From assembly GCA_937944235.1 (NCBI GenBank), contig CALDYZ010000039.1:1-58889 (forward strand): DNA of 58,889 nucleotides, given 5' to 3'. The notes under the pieces are model-generated. The model was not told where the DNA came from and made no database searches. It worked only from the letters and a program-made list of their open reading frames with translations. The position numbers and the translations under genes were made by a program. How positions within the stretch are numbered: position 1 is the stretch's first letter; each line of letters opens with the position of its first letter. Positions 56,987 to 58,889 of the stretch are shown in pieces. The DNA comes from Candidatus Dojkabacteria bacterium (GTDB lineage: Bacteria; Patescibacteriota; Dojkabacteria; J137).

Positions 56987-58626
56987 CTTACATTTTTATT
57001 AATACAGTTCAAAAAATCTCTTAGTACAAATGATAAGCCGTAACCGCCTCCGCCATGTCTTGTATGTAACACGAATGCATATTCCCTACCATCTAGTTGA
57101 AAAACGCCAGCAATCCAACCATGAGTTGTATTCACCAACCTATTAAATCTGTATTCTTGAGACTCTGCAGTACCAGTTTTAGCTATAATATTAAAATCTT
57201 TCATATTTCCTAAAGAACTATATGTTGTACCTGTAACTGAATAGACTGCATCTTTTAACCCTTGCCTAATCAAACTTATGTATTCCATGTTCAAATCTAA
57301 ATAAATGTTCTTATCAATATTGTAGTTTTCATCTTTTACGATCTTTGCATTTTTCCAATTTCCTCTTCTTTCTCCAAAAATAGAGTAAACATTAAGAACA
57401 TTTATAGGAGTTAAAACTAAACTACCTTGACCTATAATATAATTACATAAGTCCCCCTGAAATAGGCCTGTTAAATATAAATTGGCGTGTACATCTAAAA
57501 AAAAAGTTGTTACAGTTCCATTAAACATATTAAAAGCAATAGCAATATCGTAGATATCTTTAGAAAAATCCGCAAAGTTTGAAGTATTTTTGATAAGACT
57601 TTGACAAAAGAATATATTACTTGATCTCGCTAATGCACTTCTTAAATTCAATAAACCATACCTGTTTTGACTAAACTCACAGAATCTATCTCTGTCATTA
57701 AAGTAAATACATCCTGTAGAGTCAACTAAAGTACTCTCTTCAACGATATTTTTTGATAGTAAAAAATATGAAGATATAGGCTTAAATATTGATCCAGGAG
57801 CTGACTTAACAGTCACAACTTTATCCATATAAGGTAAACCTCTTTTATCCTGTTTATATAAATAATAGCTATGTACCAGATTTTCTGGGTCTATAGATGG
57901 TTGAGATATGTAAGACAAAATACTTCCATCACTATTATCAACAATTATTGCTGCGTAACTAGCAGCATCCACCAATTTAGCGTAATTAGACAGTAAATTA
58001 TTTAATGTGATCTGCCATTCTATATCCAAAGTTAAATATAAATCATTACCTCTTACTGGTTCAACCACATACTCAGAGTCTAGATAAGACTCAATAAAAC
58101 CATTAATACCAGAGAGTTGTTTTTGATAATGTCTCTCAACACCTATAGGGGAAAATCTTTCTAATGAATCATTCTGGAGATATCCTAAAAAGTGATATGT
58201 CAAATCTGTATAAGGATAAACCCTATTAAAAAGTTTAATTAACTTTGTACTTGATGTATAATTACTACTAATAAACCTATCTAAATCGTCATCACTTGCA
58301 CTGTCATATAATACACAAAAATTCCTACCCTGGTAAATGATAGTTTTGCAATTTTCATTTACCTGTTGTAATTTAAGTACACGATATAGAACTTGGTCGT
58401 AAGCCAGAACTTTTGATGTCTTATCATATATTGATCCTCTTTCAGCTTGAAGTATTTCTGTACGATTCAAAACATCTTTGACTTTTATAACTGATGTAAC
58501 ATAATTACTTAATACTCTAATGAGTAATACAACAATAAAAAGGATACATATAAGAAAGACAACTAAATTGAAATCAAAAAACCTAAATTTAAAAAAATTT
58601 GATGACCTTACCTTACTTTTGTGCAC
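56980..58626 (-). CDS. Class B penicillin-binding protein (PBP2-like transpeptidase)
   Basis: TM anchor, AERGSIYD, RVYP, LYLTLD; PGSIFK (SxxK), SSN, KTGT. Confidence 0.9.
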   Translation of the reverse strand: MHKSKVRSSNFFKFRFFDFNLVVFLICILFIVVLLIRVLSNYVTSVIKVKDVLNRTEILQAERGSIYDKTSKVLAYDQVLYRVLKLQQVNENCKTIIYQGRNFCVLYDSASDDDLDRFISSNYTSSTKLIKLFNRVYPYTDLTYHFLGYLQNDSLERFSPIGVERHYQKQLSGINGFIESYLDSEYVVEPVRGNDLYLTLDIEWQITLNNLLSNYAKLVDAASYAAIIVDNSDGSILSYISQPSIDPENLVHSYYLYKQDKRGLPYMDKVVTVKSAPGSIFKPISSYFLLSKNIVEESTLVDSTGCIYFNDRDRFCEFSQNRYGLLNLRSALARSSNIFFCQSLIKNTSNFADFSKDIYDIAIAFNMFNGTVTTFFLDVHANLYLTGLFQGDLCNYIIGQGSLVLTPINVLNVYSIFGERRGNWKNAKIVKDENYNIDKNIYLDLNMEYISLIRQGLKDAVYSVTGTTYSSLGNMKDFNIIAKTGTAESQEYRFNRLVNTTHGWIAGVFQLDGREYAFVLHTRHGGGGYGLSFVLRDFLNCINKNVRC

Positions 58627-58659
58627 AAGTACAGAGAAACATAAAAATTTGACCTAGTA

Positions 58660-58732
58660 AGCCATTACGCAGATTTGAACTGCGGACCTCACCCTTACCA
58701 TGGGTGTGCTCTACCAACTGAGCTATAATGGC
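58660..58732 (-). tRNA. tRNA-Thr(GGT)
   Basis: GCCATTA-TAGCTCAGTTGGTAGAGC-A-CACCC-ATGGTAA-GGGTG-AGGTC-CGCAG-TTCAAAT-CTGCG-TAATGGC-T. Confidence 0.96.
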
Positions 58733-58749
58733 TTTTAAATAAATAGGGA

Positions 58750-58833
58750 TCCGGGGAGAAGGATTTGAACCTCCGTAGCCCTTAGGGCGTCTGATTTACA
58801 GTCAGATGCGATTGACCGCTCCGCCATCCCCGG
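58750..58833 (-). tRNA. tRNA-Tyr(GTA) with C1:G72 pair and long variable arm
   Basis: CCGGGGA..TCTGA-CTGTAAA-TCAGA-CGCCCTAAGGGCTAC-GGAGG-TTCAAAT-CCTTC-TCCCCGG-A. Confidence 0.96.
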
Positions 58834-58835
58834 AA

Positions 58836-58889
58836 AGCCACTTGTCAGACTCGAACTGACGACCGATTGTTTACAAAACAATTGCTCTA
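58836..58889 (-). tRNA. tRNA-Thr(TGT), 5' part beyond the window end
   Basis: ..TAGAGC-A-ATTGT-TTTGTAA-ACAAT-CGGTC-GTCAG-TTCGAGT-CTGAC-AAGTGGC-T. Confidence 0.9.

Noticed and set aside
4401..58889. Prophage or island integration at tRNA genes
   Set aside because: No integrase, no duplicated tRNA 3' ends and no compositional break seen; the flanks are core genes.
1..58889. Alternative genetic code (UGA as Gly/Trp, as in Gracilibacteria)
   Set aside because: Long genes are uninterrupted under code 11 and several end in TGA at expected positions (e.g. mutL, infC, recR).

Overview
Low-GC, gene-dense bacterial chromosomal segment made mostly of housekeeping genes. It looks like a Patescibacteria/CPR genome; Dojkabacteria/WS6-like is my guess and is not verified. 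Supporting signs are a secretin-less type IV pilus cluster, ancestral operons stripped of lipid, nucleotide and SRP genes, few Shine-Dalgarno motifs, and a C1:G72 tRNA-Tyr. Translation genes: alaS, infC-rpmI-rplT, rpsP, rpmF, rpmE-prfA, rpsF-ssb-rpsR, rpsU, rpsB-tsf-frr. Replication and repair genes: mutL, recG, holB, gyrBA, ruvCAB, dnaB, dnaX-ebfC-recR, topA, dprA. Also present are two PBPs, a 12-gene pil cluster and 7 tRNA genes (one cut by the window end). I saw no mobile element, CRISPR array or rRNA. The strongest leads are: (1) a ThrRS-like protein in the thrS slot with an intact editing site and anticodon-binding domain but an eroded catalytic core, a candidate trans-editing pseudo-synthetase; (2) a UvrB that stops cleanly after helicase motif III, a candidate split UvrB; (3) all five prepilins having Ala rather than Gly at position -1, next to a PilD lacking its N-terminal Zn/methylase domain; (4) an archaeal-identity tRNA-Tyr; (5) a non-AUG infC start. 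All calls come from motif recognition by eye; no database searches were run.
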